From NCBI GenBank assembly GCA_012026655.1, contig JAAILG010000303.1, forward strand, positions 1 through 64,000: DNA of 64,000 nucleotides, read 5' to 3'. The stretch is from Hydrolagus affinis. Taxonomy: Eukaryota. Positions within the stretch are counted from its first letter, which is position 1, and every line of letters begins with the position of its first letter. Shown one piece after another: positions 28,401 through 39,954 of this stretch. The position numbers and the translations under genes were made by a program. The notes beneath the pieces were generated by a model. That model searched no databases. It was not told the DNA's origin and saw only the letters and a program-made list of their open reading frames with translations.

Positions 28401-31400
28401 GAGAAAAGCTTGAATATGTTGCGTTCAGGACTATCCTCCCGTCCTTGTTGAAAGAGCTGCAGTGAGGCATGATTTGGGTCAGTTGCTCTGTCAGTGATGA
28501 GAGGAAAAATTCTAGTTTAATTTTGTTTGTTTAAAATAAAAGTTCCATCCTCTGCCAAATGTTTGTTTCTATAGCATTATTGAAAAAACATGGATCTGAA
28601 AGTTCTATGTTTAACACAAGAAATCTAAATTTCTCTGCTGTCTCTGGTCCATCAACCTCCTGGCTGCTCAGATTCAAACCTGTTGGTAACAGTTTGTGTA
28701 TTCTCCTTGACTATTCATTGGATTAAATATTTTAAGAGTTTTCACGGAATATAAAACAATTACTCATCTTGTATTTACAGAGCAGCACATCTCATTATAA
28801 TGCTGGAACATGGGGAATAGTGCAAGGACAACTAAGGCCTTTACTGGCACCACGGGTTTACACACTTCCAATGGTACGCTCCATAGGAAAGACGATGGTT
28901 CAAGGAAAAAATTATGGCCCACAGATCACCGTAAAAAGAATATCTACCAGGTATGTGACCATTTTATTTTTTGTGCAGCAGATAAATATATTAATGCAGG
29001 TTTTCACACAATATTGGAAAATTTATATCTTCAGAAAAATGAACATTAGAGTATATTGAGGGAGAAATACATTCAAAGGGCAGCAGTAAACTATGGTAAT
29101 ATCTTCATGAATCTTTATGCACCATTGTTTACTTGTTTAAGTGTTATAGCTTGTTAAAGTTGCAAATGGTTTGAAACGTTTGATGAAACAAGTTGGCTGT
29201 TGTTTCTATACACTTACTTTAGTTTAAAATGCAACTTTTCTCAGATCTTAGTATAGTATAGACTATGGAGCACAGATGCACAGTGTAACCTGCATTGAGA
29301 TTTTACTGTTTCATATGTACCGTTGTTGCTACCTGTGGGCAGAACATTGGGTAACAATGGGTTCATGGCAGCCAATTGCACACAGGAGTGTCCCACAAAC
29401 AGTCGTGGATTGAAGTGACCACTGAGCTACAGGACTCCATTGTTGCAGAAATTTTATTGGTTTGAGCCATTTTTGTGGGATCCACTTTCTTGCACTAAAA
29501 GCAAGAAATGTGCAAGCTTGGGAAAGTGCCATTACACAGTTTATAGTAGGCATGAGTTACCATCAGCTGAGAGACAGGGACATTTGTAAATAACACATTC
29601 CACATCATCCATGACCACCACCCAGAAGGATTATAGACAGAATGGAAAATGACCAGAACTCGTGTGCCTTTCTGACAACGCTTCCAGGAGGACTCATTGG
29701 CCTGTATTCTGAGAACAAGTAGCCTTAAGAGTTTTACCTTTTCATTTCATCTTTTTCTAGAGGCCGCAAGTGTAAGCCCATCTTTGTTCAGATTGCTAGA
29801 CAAGTGGTTAAGCTTAATGCCTCTGACCTTCGACTACCTTCACGCGCCTGGAAAGTGAAGCTGGTGGGTGAGGGTGCTGATGATGCTGGTGGAGTATTCG
29901 ATGATACTATCACAGAGATATGTCAGGTAACAAAAAATTATTTGGACTAAATTTACAGAAAGTCGGGATTACAGTTGGCTTGATTTTTGTAAATAGTAAG
30001 GGTTTTAAATGGAACTTGGTGGAATTTGGCAAATTACACAACCTAAGTTTTGTAGTTAGAAATGTTTGTGTTAGAGGATCCCTGAGTCTTGACTGTTAAA
30101 CTCTCTATTGTTGCATGTGCTTTGAGACCATAACTGCAGACAATACAATACAAAATGACATTTGTATAGGGCCTTTCACATTGGGAGGAGATGGCCCAGA
30201 ACACCATGAACACATCCTAGAGTGCTGCATTTAGTTCAACGGAGAAAGGTGCTTTTAGGAATTAAGCACATAGTCTGATCCAAGTATACTGAACTAAGTA
30301 TAGCTTAGTTCAAAATACTGTGAGTTCAGAGATAACTCATGAGAACCATGGATACGCTTATCAAAGTGTTGTGTGCTTGGTGCACCAAGCCATCGATGAC
30401 ATCCCCACAATAAATGCTCCCTGGAGCAGCTACTGCTCGAAGTCCACTGTCCTGTGCAAGTCATTCAGTTTGTGACTGCACTGTAACATAGGATCCCATT
30501 TTATGCACCCTCGCTCATTAAAACAGTCAGACTAGTTATGTGTTCATTCAAGTAACAGCATTTTTCTGTTTTATTATTTAAATTAACCAAATTACGCACT
30601 TTGATTCTATTTTAATGAACAGGAGCTTGAGATGGGGATAGTAGATCTGCTCATTCCTACACCAAACGTCACTGCTGAAGTAGGCTATAACCGAGACAGG
30701 CAAGTGTTATAGCTTCATTGGTTTAATAATGTACATTCTTCACATATACCAAATGCAGTATTATTATTTTTTATTATTAGACAGGATTTGTTTATTTTAA
30801 AAGCATTAATTAGCCATTCTTTCTGCGCTATCCCATGACATTTCTGTTAATTTTCTGCTGTTTTCATCAATAATCTCATGCTAATTAAATGAACTTTTTT
30901 TGTGCAGTTTCAAGATTTGATTTTGAGTATAGGCATGAGTTTATGTAAGTTTATTTTTAAAAAATTAAAAGTCACAGTAGAGAAATTAAAACCTGTTTGA
31001 TAATTCTGTTAGACTTACAAGCTTTTAATGAAATTCTAATTTTATTTTGACATAAAAAATTGTTGGAATATTTCTTTTTAAACAAGCATTTTTTCTGTCC
31101 TAGGTTCCTTCTCAACCCATCAGCTTGTTCAGAAGAGCATTACATGCAATTAAAATTTTTGGGAATTCTTATGGGTGTTGCCATTCGTACAAAGAAACCA
31201 TTGGACCTTCACTTAGCACCAATGGTCTGGAAGCAGCTCTGCTGTATTCCACTCTCCTTGGAAGATCTTGAGGAAGTCGATTTGCTTTATGTACAAACAT
31301 TGAACAGCATTCTTCACATTGAAGACAGTGGGATTTCAGAGGAGAATTTCCACGAGGTTAGTTGAATTAAATGTACCTTTTGGTATTTTGTACACAACGA

Positions 31401-34009
31401 GCTGTTTAATATGAAACAGTTACACTTAAGCATGATGATGGTTTTCCACATGTATTAGACACCCAGCGTGCAAAAGAAAAAGTGAAAAGCTTATTAGTGT
31501 TCTTGGTAAGACTGAATCGATAGCTGGAGAAAAACGAACTGCTGCTTTAACTAATGTGACAATCATATAATTGACCCAAACACAGTATATAAAAAAAAGG
31601 TATTCTTAATGTCAAACATTTCTCACCGAATGTATCCATTTTCAATCTATTTGTTTTATTTTAAAAGAGAACATGTCTTACCTCAAACTAATCAATGTGG
31701 AAGTGTTTTTTTTAAAGGAACGCTGAGAGGTAAAATAGGAGTTTTTTCCCTGCTTTTCAATGCACGAGCAAATGACTAACCTAGCCCACCACTATTCTAA
31801 CCGTTTGCTACCACACGTTCCTGAAAACATGCTCCCAATAAGGCCATTCAGTTCTGTATCTCTTCACAATGTTGGTGTAAATCTCTATATTACAAATGAA
31901 CGCTTATTCTTGCTAATATTTGTACAGACCATTGATTTTAAAAATTCACGTAAAATGATGTCCTGAAAAAGCTACCAATACTTTGCAAAGCTCTATATTA
32001 GAAGTTTTACTCAATGTACAACCTTACTAGTATGAAGAAATTAATAGTTGTTGAATATTTCAGATGATACCTCTCGATTCATTTGTGGGTCAAAGTGCTG
32101 ATGGTAAAATGGTTCCCATAATACCTGGAGGGAGCAGTATCCCACTAACCTTTTCTAATCGGAAGGAATATGTAGAGAGAGCAGTAGAGTACAGATTGTG
32201 TGAAATTGATCGTCAGGTGAGTAATTGTCACAATTGATCCCAATCAACAATTTAAACCTTTTTTGATTAATTAGACCAGAAATTGATTAAATAGAAGTTA
32301 AAAATAGACCAGGTTATGGAATTATTTTTTTTAAATCAATTGACCTAGGATTATAGGCTGCTGCCAGTATTTAATCCCACTCCCAGCCCCCATTATTCAG
32401 TTGGTAAAACCACTGAAGTGGTAAATCTCTATCATTTCAGAAATCACCAGCACTTATTAAGTTGCTGTAATCTCAGCCTCCATGGCATAGTGGAGAACCA
32501 TTGCCTTGAGACAAGGATGGGGAAGTTAGGTTTGCAAACAAACCTATAATTTACAGCCACATCTGATTTGCAAATGTTCCATTGGATCCCATACTTTGAA
32601 AACATTGAAGGGTTTTTATTTACTAACAAGCACAGTCTAGCTACAAGCTCCCAGTCATTTATGTTGCAGAGTTGAAGACAAGTCTACAATTCCATGTCTC
32701 TGCTAAATTGGTAAAAACAAAGTTGACTCTTGACTCCGTTCAGCCCAAGGCAAAGACTCCAGTCGTTCCCCACCACTGCAACATATTTTCATATTCTTTT
32801 TAGGATATTATTATTAACATATTTGTAATATCTGTGATATAAATAGAACTGTTTAGAGGTGGGGGCTCCTCAGTTTCCTTTCTCTGATGGAAAGTTTCCA
32901 GATAATGTTAAATATTTACTGGTTCAATAGGTGAAAGCTCTGCGGTTCACTGTGAAGGCAGCCTATGTAATTTTGGTTTCCTTGGTGGATAAAATAAACA
33001 TGTTATAGTCCTATTCAAAACTGGTTTCACTCTTAAGTATTTTCTTTCATGTTGATTCAGGTAGCTGCAGTACGAGAGGGAATGTCTTGGATCATCCCTG
33101 TTCCACTGCTTTCTTTACTTACTGCGAAACAGTTGGAACAGATGGTCTGTGGGATGCCAGAAATCTCTGTAGAAGTTCTGAAGAAAGTTGTGCGATATCG
33201 AGAGGTTGATGAACAGCATCAGCTGGTGCAGTGGTTCTGGCAGACACTGGAGGAATTCTCGAACGAAGAGAGAGTTTTTTTTATGCGTTTTGTGTCTGGA
33301 CGATCCCGTTTGCCAGCTAACACAGCAGACATTTCCCAGAGGTTTCAAATTATGAAGGTTGATAGGGTAAGAATTGTATATTTCTTCTACATATACTGAT
33401 CTGGAGACTGATTAGTTCTTTTACTCTATCTATTCTAAGATTAGGGTAGTTAATTCATACCATATTGCGATTCTTCCACTTGTAAGTGTTACTGTACAGC
33501 TGAACTTAAAAAAAAAACTATTCATTACCAATCTATTTTTAAACAAAGAAGCACGGGTGGAATAACTTGTTATATCAAGTTTTGAGTGAGTTTCAGTATG
33601 ATAATGGCCCTTTGCTATTCTAAGTAAGGCATAAATAACAATTTAATGAGAAATTTATATTTGGCACATCTATAATATTTTTAAATTTAATTCTACCAAT
33701 TTGGCATTATAAATATTGTCACCTGTAAGACTATCAAACCCAAGCACAGTAGACAGCTGACCAAATTCTAGGTTTTCTAAATGTTCTTCTGTGAACCAAT
33801 CTTCCTTGTTTTCCATTTTACAGCCTTACGACAGCTTGCCTACCTCACAAACTTGCTTCTTCCAACTGCGGCTCCCACCATATTCCAGCCAAGCAGTCAT
33901 GTCAGAACGGCTGCGCTACGCTATCAACAACTGTAGATCCATAGACATGGACAACTACATGCTTTCTCGTAATGTGGACAATGCAGAAGGCTCTGATACA
34001 GACTATTAA
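245..34009 (+). CDS. HERC1: E3 ubiquitin-protein ligase HERC1, 3' portion (5' end lies upstream of the window); 48 coding exons
   Basis: Spliced exons: 245-400, 698-804, 1184-1294, 1910-2086, 2261-2500, 2835-2918, 3121-3635, 5105-5901, 6841-7039, 7947-8107, 8360-8476, 9263-9494, 9586-9710, 10149-10369, 11042-11310, 11589-11641, 12364-12564, 12955-13129, 13863-14127, 14865-15078, 15531-15736, 16230-16357, 16460-16596, 16834-17034, 17231-17358, 17850-18049, 18521-18641, 19035-19181, 19768-19869, 21521-21694, 22343-22636, 23812-23877, 23968-24093, 24945-25083, 25184-25365, 25536-25691, 25953-26075, 26261-26363, 27079-27248, 27450-27588, 28024-28193, 28781-28950, 29761-29926, 30623-30699, 31104-31356, 32064-32216, 33061-33366, 33824-34009. 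Peptides match HERC1: SPRY ([23 protein letters not shown]), UBA-like ([11 protein letters not shown]), WD40 repeats, RCC1-like repeats ([12 protein letters not shown]), and HECT with catalytic [15 protein letters not shown], ending NAEGSDTDY*. Confidence 0.97.
4330..4748. mobile_element. Possible degenerate MITE (Tc1/mariner-pogo type)
   Basis: TA-flanked imperfect terminal inverted repeats: TA|CAGCGCAGCCCCATTTATAA ... TTATAATGGGGATGCCCA|TA. Confidence 0.3.
7166..7715 (-). mobile_element. L2 LINE 3' fragment
   Basis: Minus-strand peptide [14 protein letters not shown]...YLKTLLF (L2 ORF2 C-terminus) and the same L2 tail in reverse. Confidence 0.8.
11973..12042. repeat. 70-bp near-perfect palindrome/hairpin in a HERC1 intron
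   Basis: Arms 11973-12004 and 12011-12042 are reverse complements with 1 mismatch in 32 bp. Confidence 0.9.
13312..13440 (-). mobile_element. CR1 LINE 3'-end fragment
   Basis: ACATAGAAACAGGAATAGGTCATTCAACCCTTTGAGTCTG...CCATTCAATAACATCATGACTGATCT resembles the reverse of the CR1 3' UTR common in sharks; recognised from memory. Confidence 0.5.
14306..14662 (+). mobile_element. tRNA-derived SINE with L2-like tail
   Basis: Head GGAGCCCTGTAGCTTAGTGGTTAGAGCAC (pol III A-box), core TGTGGAACACTGCTGTGCACAATTGGCT, tail TCAAATGCAAGGATTATTATT; many related copies in the window. Confidence 0.8.
22655..22812 (-). mobile_element. Two tandem SINE 3'-tail fragments
   Basis: Two consecutive copies of (TAA)n-TCCTTGCATTT...GAGAC...CTCAAAG..CTTCA.AGA. 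Confidence 0.7.
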
Positions 34010-34421
34010 ATTTCTGTATGAACAAAATTCATTCTATTACCTGCACAGGGAAATGCCTTTGGTAATTCTAGTTGTAATAGTAACTTCTGCAAACGGCCAA
34101 TATTTTAATTGTATATGTACTTGAAGAAAACAAATGTGAAATGTTATTGTTTCTGATTTTGACTATTGGCAGGTTTAAAAAAAATACACTTTCCTCCCTG
34201 TTTTTGTTCATTTTCGATAAGTTTGCATGGAGATATTTTGATGCATATTTGGGAATGGTATAGATGACCCTCCCAGGTTTAGGAAAAATGTAAGTAAAAA
34301 AAATGTACATTGTGTATAATTGTTCATGAGGGAGAGAGCAATTTACATAAATATTCTTATATTTATTTTTGTTTTAATTTGAATTGCCTGTGCCGAGTTT
34401 CCTAACAGAACTACATCAAAG

Positions 34422-34427
34422 AATAAA
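34422..34427 (+). terminator. Probable HERC1 polyadenylation signal
   Basis: AATAAA about 410 nt after the TAA stop, followed by a T/GT-rich tract (ccatgtttatttgtc). Confidence 0.55.
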
Positions 34428-35173
34428 ATGCTAATTTAAAACCATGTTTATTTGTCAACTGGTACTTCAAACTGTCTGTGATATTTGACTGATTTAAAAT
34501 AGTTGTGGGAAGGATTATGTATATAAAAAATTCAAAGGCTTTATTACAACAACAACAACAACAAATTACATTTATAGAGCGCCTTTCACGTCGGGAAAGT
34601 TATTACTATATTTTGATTTAATGTCATTTTCTTGGATAGCTGTATGTATGGATAGACGCATTATTTTTGACAGGTTAGTTTGAATTGTTGTGAATTAAAA
34701 ACACATCTATTTGGCCAGGTTACATATTTGTTCTTCCTGGCCCACTGTTTTTGTTACCTGAAAAATAGCACGTTATTTAATATTTAACTTAACTTCTAAG
34801 TGGCCAAGTTCTGGTTTGAAACAGTTATTATCAGGGATGCACAAAGCTTCATCCTTGCTGTGCCCGATGGTGGGAATCTGATTCGTACAACACCCTTAAA
34901 ATACTTAATTTTGTAAGATTAATAATTTTCTTTGGTCATGGATCAAAAGAACTGCAACTTGTAGCCCTAGAAGAGTTGTATACATTACAGGAAAGACAAA
35001 ATTTGATTATATCTCCATTCTGCAAGCATTTTAAGCTGAATTTATGCAATAAGGAGCCAAGTCCCTTTGCCCTAATTCATAGTGATGTAAAGAATTTATG
35101 GCCCATTTAAAAAAAAGTAACCATATAAACAAATACTTATATATAATATAATTAACCTTGTGCAATATGATTG

Positions 35174-35179
35174 TTTATT
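35174..35179 (-). terminator. Candidate polyadenylation signal of the CIART-like gene
   Basis: TTTATT on + (AATAAA on -) about 800 nt after the stop; a second candidate is at 34540-34545. Confidence 0.4.
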
Positions 35180-35976
35180 AATGTACATCACTGCCAAATC
35201 ACTGGAATTTCCACCAGTCAACCAGCATTAAAGCAAATATGTCCCCTGTATTCCCATACCCCGATAAGAGCTATACAGTCATAAACTTGTTAAGCACATT
35301 GCATAAATATAGGCAAAAACATCATCTGCCACTTAATCTGTGATCATGAATATATTCCATTTACATGTTTAAATATATCAACAGTGAAACATCAGCAAGC
35401 AGTAAACGTGTATCTGCATACTGCTGTAAAAAGTCTAGATGTTTTCAAATTGGCATTGCAAAACAATTCCATTTACCAAGAATTCAGCTGTTTAAATGTC
35501 TTAAAATGTGCATTAACAGTCAAAATTATTTCTGCGTAAATGTGTTTTAATGTTATACATTATGCTCTTAAAGCTTACTATGCTACATATTCACCACTCA
35601 CTGCATTTCTGAGCACAAAATAATGAACAAGAGATGTACTTTAATCTGTGCAGTCCAAACCAGTACCCGTGATAAACTAGGTCAGTCGTGATAGTGTTAA
35701 ATTAGCATTCTGTGGTATTAATGGTGATGCCTTTGGCTTGGTCGTGCTCATGCATCCTGGTGGAGATCTATGAGAGTGGCCGTCAGCAAATGTTGCTTTT
35801 GCATAAAAGCAAATTCTACTTTGATTAGCTGGTTTCACCTGATCAGCATCCGTTCAAGTACTTACAGGATGATCAACAATTGTGAGTTTTTTTCCCCCCA
35901 CAAGGCTGATTTTCATAAAGCTCATTAGAAATAACGTTTTCCTTTGGAGTTGGTTTGTGGTATTGTATAGAATCCC

Positions 35977-38897
35977 TTATCTGGAGTTTTGCCGAGTTCC
36001 ACTTGTGATCCATCCTTTATCTTCAAAAGTTGTGCATTCAGTTCTTTTTATCTTCTTTACAATGTCATAACAACGTGCAGAATGCTGTGTAGCTGTTACA
36101 GTTTGGTCGTTCTTCTGCAAACAAAAATGGTAGTGTTCAGTGAAGCATTGTATTCAATACCACATGTGCAGTATCTAAAGGGGAAATACTATTAGGAAAA
36201 TATGAAAGGTCACAAAATGGAAATGATGCCAGGCCCCAATAGTCAGCCACAATCCCCAAATCCTTAAGGAATAGCAGAGACTAACCAAAATGTTCTAAAC
36301 GTCTTAAAAATAGATGTAATGCTAATAGACTTGAAGGTGCAAATGCGATACTAATGCTCAAGTTGGTGAGTGAGATCGATACAGTAAATGGAATTCTAGA
36401 TATTATAATTGGGTCAATGAATGCAAGTACATGTAACAGTTACACAGGATATTGTTTAGGTGGTTGTAATATTGTCAAGTATTCTAACTCCATTACAGAA
36501 ATGGCATGATTCTGCTGAGCTATACACATGTAATGTTATTTCTTACCTTGAATCGTTTATGATGAATTATCTCATTGAGAGAATCCTTACAGCCTGGAAC
36601 AGGAGCAACATTGGGAAACCAACCCTTCAACATCTGCTCCACCTGCAGCAAAATCGCTGTGTATTGTTCACTGCAAAAGAAAATCATTTGAATTAAGCAC
36701 ACAAGATAGCAACAGAAAGTTTTTAAGTGCAAGTTTTAGTATTAATTACAGTAAGAAATTGTGTTGGTTGAATAACATTGGGAGTATCATACAATATGAC
36801 ATTCTTTGATGGGTTCAACACTCACCATAGGCAATATGGGTACTACAGTAAACCTCACATCATAATAACAATGATCCATTTTATGTTGTTTCATCAGATT
36901 GACTAATCGTAAAGTATTGTGACTCCCAAGTATTTCCTGGCAAATGTTGGAAGTGGGATTTGCAACCTTCACGTGACAGGTCTCTGGTGAGGCAGCACAG
37001 TGCTAAGATTTGAAAAGTGCATCCATGGAAATAATGATGAGCGTGTACACCAAACATTTTAACACAGAACAAAAAGATTGCCAAAGCAGAGCAAACTAAG
37101 CTCAAATAGTTACCCCAATTTTCGATTCTGCAGAACTCCCATAATTCTCTGGATTCTGTCCATGGCAACACTTTCCTGGAAACTGGTCAAACCTACCAAG
37201 ATATATAAATAACCAGATGTTACGATTGCAAAATGTTGGCCTATCAACTATTGCACAATTAGGATTCAATGCGACTTGAGTTTTGAAGTTTATATACCTT
37301 TTCTGTACTTTCCAGACTTGAGGCCATTCAGCAGCAAGTTCAGAGGAGGAATGAAGCCCTGAAGTTCCCCACACTAAACACAGAAGAAAGAAATGTTAAG
37401 AATATGAACTATTCACCCTTTTAAGTTACTATACTCATATAAATTTATTTTGTGAAAAACAACTTGGCAAGGCTAAATAAAGGCCTAAATGTTTTTTTCT
37501 GGATGGAAAATAGAACTCATGCAAACGGGAGAGGGGAGGCTGACTTGTTGCTGCCGTAACTGGTCTTTCATCTCAAGGTGCTAAAATAGAAATCTCACCC
37601 AGGATGAAGAATATGTCATTCGCTCAAACAGCTGCAGTCTCCAAAACTAACAATAATTACCAGAAGTGATTTTATAGACATAAACCCCATTCTTATTAGA
37701 AGCCAAGTCTACAGCAAACAATTTGTATTGGTTTGTAACACTTGCTTGGAGGCTAAGGCAATCCAATCCCCTCCCCACCCATCCTGTACAATACAGTGGG
37801 TATACCCAGTAAACTGTGTAAACACTGTTGAGACATCCCCCTGAGATGAAAGGTGTTGTATAAATGTAAATTTCTGTTGTGTAAAATAATAATAACCCCT
37901 GGATTTGACGAAGGACCTCGTCACGTCATCGGGACGGATCAAAGCCCTTCACTGTGAAGTGTAATGACTATACATTTTGTGGGCAAACACAGCTGCGAAT
38001 GTGGACACACCAATGATCCATAAACATCTATGAAGTGAGTGACCAATTTTATTTGGGGAATTGCTCTCCAGGACACCAGGATTAACTCCCTTCTCTTTTA
38101 AAATAATGCCATGGAATCTTGAATGTTGTCCACTTGAATTGCCAGACTCGGGTTTATCGAATCGTGTTACACAAGTTAGCCTTCTAAACCGACTGTAAAA
38201 TGCCAATAACATATTTTTCAGTCACAGACAACAAAATGTAAGCAATGTTCAGCTTGAACTTCAATATCTGATTTTGCTTTTAGTAACCCTTAAAATAATG
38301 AATCCTAGTGAATTTTACCTTTTGGGCAAAGATGATGTCCCCTTCAGACATTGCACTGAAGTCTTCTGTTGCCATTTTTAATTCTTCCTTTTCTCTTTTC
38401 CTTTTAATTGGCAGGATTGTTTTAGTAAAGGAATTGTCAATGGCACAGAGTCCTGGAAGACATACGGTAGCATCTTCGCACATTTTGTTGGAACTCACTG
38501 CAGATGCCATGATACTGCTCTGAAAGGATGCCTGATTACTCAGTGTTTCGATTAAAAGGTCACTTCTGGAAGAATAACTGCATTCTAAAAGATCTTTATC
38601 CATGGGGACAGTGGATTCACTAACACCAGAGGCATTCGATGCTGATGGAAGCGGCTGCAGTGCATGGATGTTTTTTCTCTCCGCTGCCTTGATGTTTGTT
38701 TTAAGATTTTCTTGAGATTCAAAATCTCTGGAAGAGTATGCAAAGGAGCCATGCATTACTGAGGACAGCTCACATTTTACTTCACTCTCAGAATAAAATA
38801 TTTCACTTCCTTCATCGTCACTTGTAAACCAGTCTGTTGAATAATCAGACTCACCAGGGGATATGCTGCTGTCTGGAAGTTCTACCACCAAATGCAT
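35977..38897 (-). CDS. CIART: Circadian-associated repressor of transcription (CIART/CHRONO)-like protein, about 331 aa, 5 coding exons
   Basis: Minus-strand exons: 38897-38319 (GCC-ATG; MHLVVELPDSSISPGESDYSTDWFTSDDEG...MSEGDIIFAQK), 37373-37298 (CGELQGFIPPLNLLLNGLKSGKYRK), 37192-37114 (GLTSFQESVAMDRIQRIMGVLQNRKLG), 36670-36547 (EQYTAILLQVEQMLKGWFPNVAP...KRFK) and 36114-35977 (KNDQ...RQNSR*). All introns are GT-AG with compatible phases. The joined core matches the human CIART domain as I recall it (EGDLLFAQKCKELQGFIPPL..LLNGLK.GR...GLSSFQQSVAMDRIQRIVGVLQ....LLQVEGMLKTWFP). The last exon is less certain, and the gene may be a paralogue rather than the orthologue. Confidence 0.88.
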
Positions 38898-39461
38898 GGC
38901 TGTTTTCTGAAATGCAATGCAATGCATTAGACACTGAGTTATCAAGGTTCATGTAATAAATCACTAATAGATGCTCATTAATTTAACTGATGAGCACACG
39001 ATTCTCCTGTAATTTTAATAGTGTCCAGTTTAATCCTTTCTTAAGAATCTAAACGCAATGCTGTTTAATTCCTGAATGATCTATTTAAAAACCAAGGGTC
39101 ATTTTACTGCTTGTAACTCATAAAATAGACATTTAATTAAAAATATATCCGCCGGTGAAAGAAACGATACAGTGATGATGAACACGGGACACTTTCAGAA
39201 AGATTATCCCAACACTAATCCCAAATATTATCTCTTTCTGCCTCCAGAATCACACTTCAATACATTGAATATCTCGGGGGAGGGGGGGGGGAATAAACGG
39301 AGGTTAAAAAAAAGCCTTTTTTTAAACTTTTTTTAAAAAAAACAATGTATTAATTTTATGCATAAAGACTTGCCAAACTTACAATTTGTTAATATCGACA
39401 TGGATGATCTGAAAATACACACACACACACACACACACACACAGGGAGAAAGAAAGAATCC

Positions 39462-39600
39462 AGAAAACACAAAATACTACAGATGCTGGGAATCTGAAAC
39501 ACAAACAGAAGTTGCCGGGGAAACTCAGCAGGTCAGGCAGCATCCATGGAGAAAAGGAAACAGTCAACGTTTCGGGTTTACAACTCTTCCTCAGGACAGA
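39462..39600 (+). mobile_element. Interspersed repeat fragment of a type common in cartilaginous fish
   Basis: TACTACAGATGCTGGGAATCTGAAAC...CTCAGCAGGTCAGGCAGCATCCATGGAG...AACGTTTCGGG resembles an abundant shark repeat; family assignment uncertain. Confidence 0.4.
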
Positions 39601-39813
39601 AAGAATCCACGTCGGTCTCACCAGAACATCAGAGTGTGTACACACTAATATACAGTGTGTACGGTGTCCAGGCAGGCTGGGCTGGGGGGGAGGGGGGGGG
39701 GTTTGCTGTTAGTTCTATGGCAGACACACAGCAAACTAAATGCCAGAAGTTATTTTGGTTTTTTTGGCGAACACAGGTGACTGTTTGCCCCCCGAATAAC
39801 ACAGGGACCTCAC

Positions 39814-39950
39814 CTGGCAACCGAGTTAAGCGAGTAACGCAGCTCCTGGTCTCTCTCTCACTGCAATGAGCTGCTATCACTGTGTGTGACACTGGCTCTG
39901 GAGACACAGAGAGAGACACACACACACACTGGACTCACTCACTAACACGG
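39814..39950 (-). other. Putative non-coding first exon of the CIART-like gene
   Basis: Minus-strand donor CAG|GTGAGG at 39814/39813, just downstream of the promoter motifs; acceptor TTTCAG| at 38907/38906 lies 9 nt before the ATG. The 5' boundary is approximate. Confidence 0.5.
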
Positions 39951-39954
39951 GCTC

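Noticed and set aside
30284-30316. Short hairpin TGAACTAAG-TATAG-CTTAGTTCA
   Set aside because: A 9-bp stem is within chance expectation for 64 kb.
38898-38945. N-terminal extension of the 221-aa ORF (MITQCLMHCIAFQKTA)
   Set aside because: It starts at a non-ATG codon upstream of the splice acceptor at 38907/38906; the ATG at 38897 with GCC context is the more likely start.
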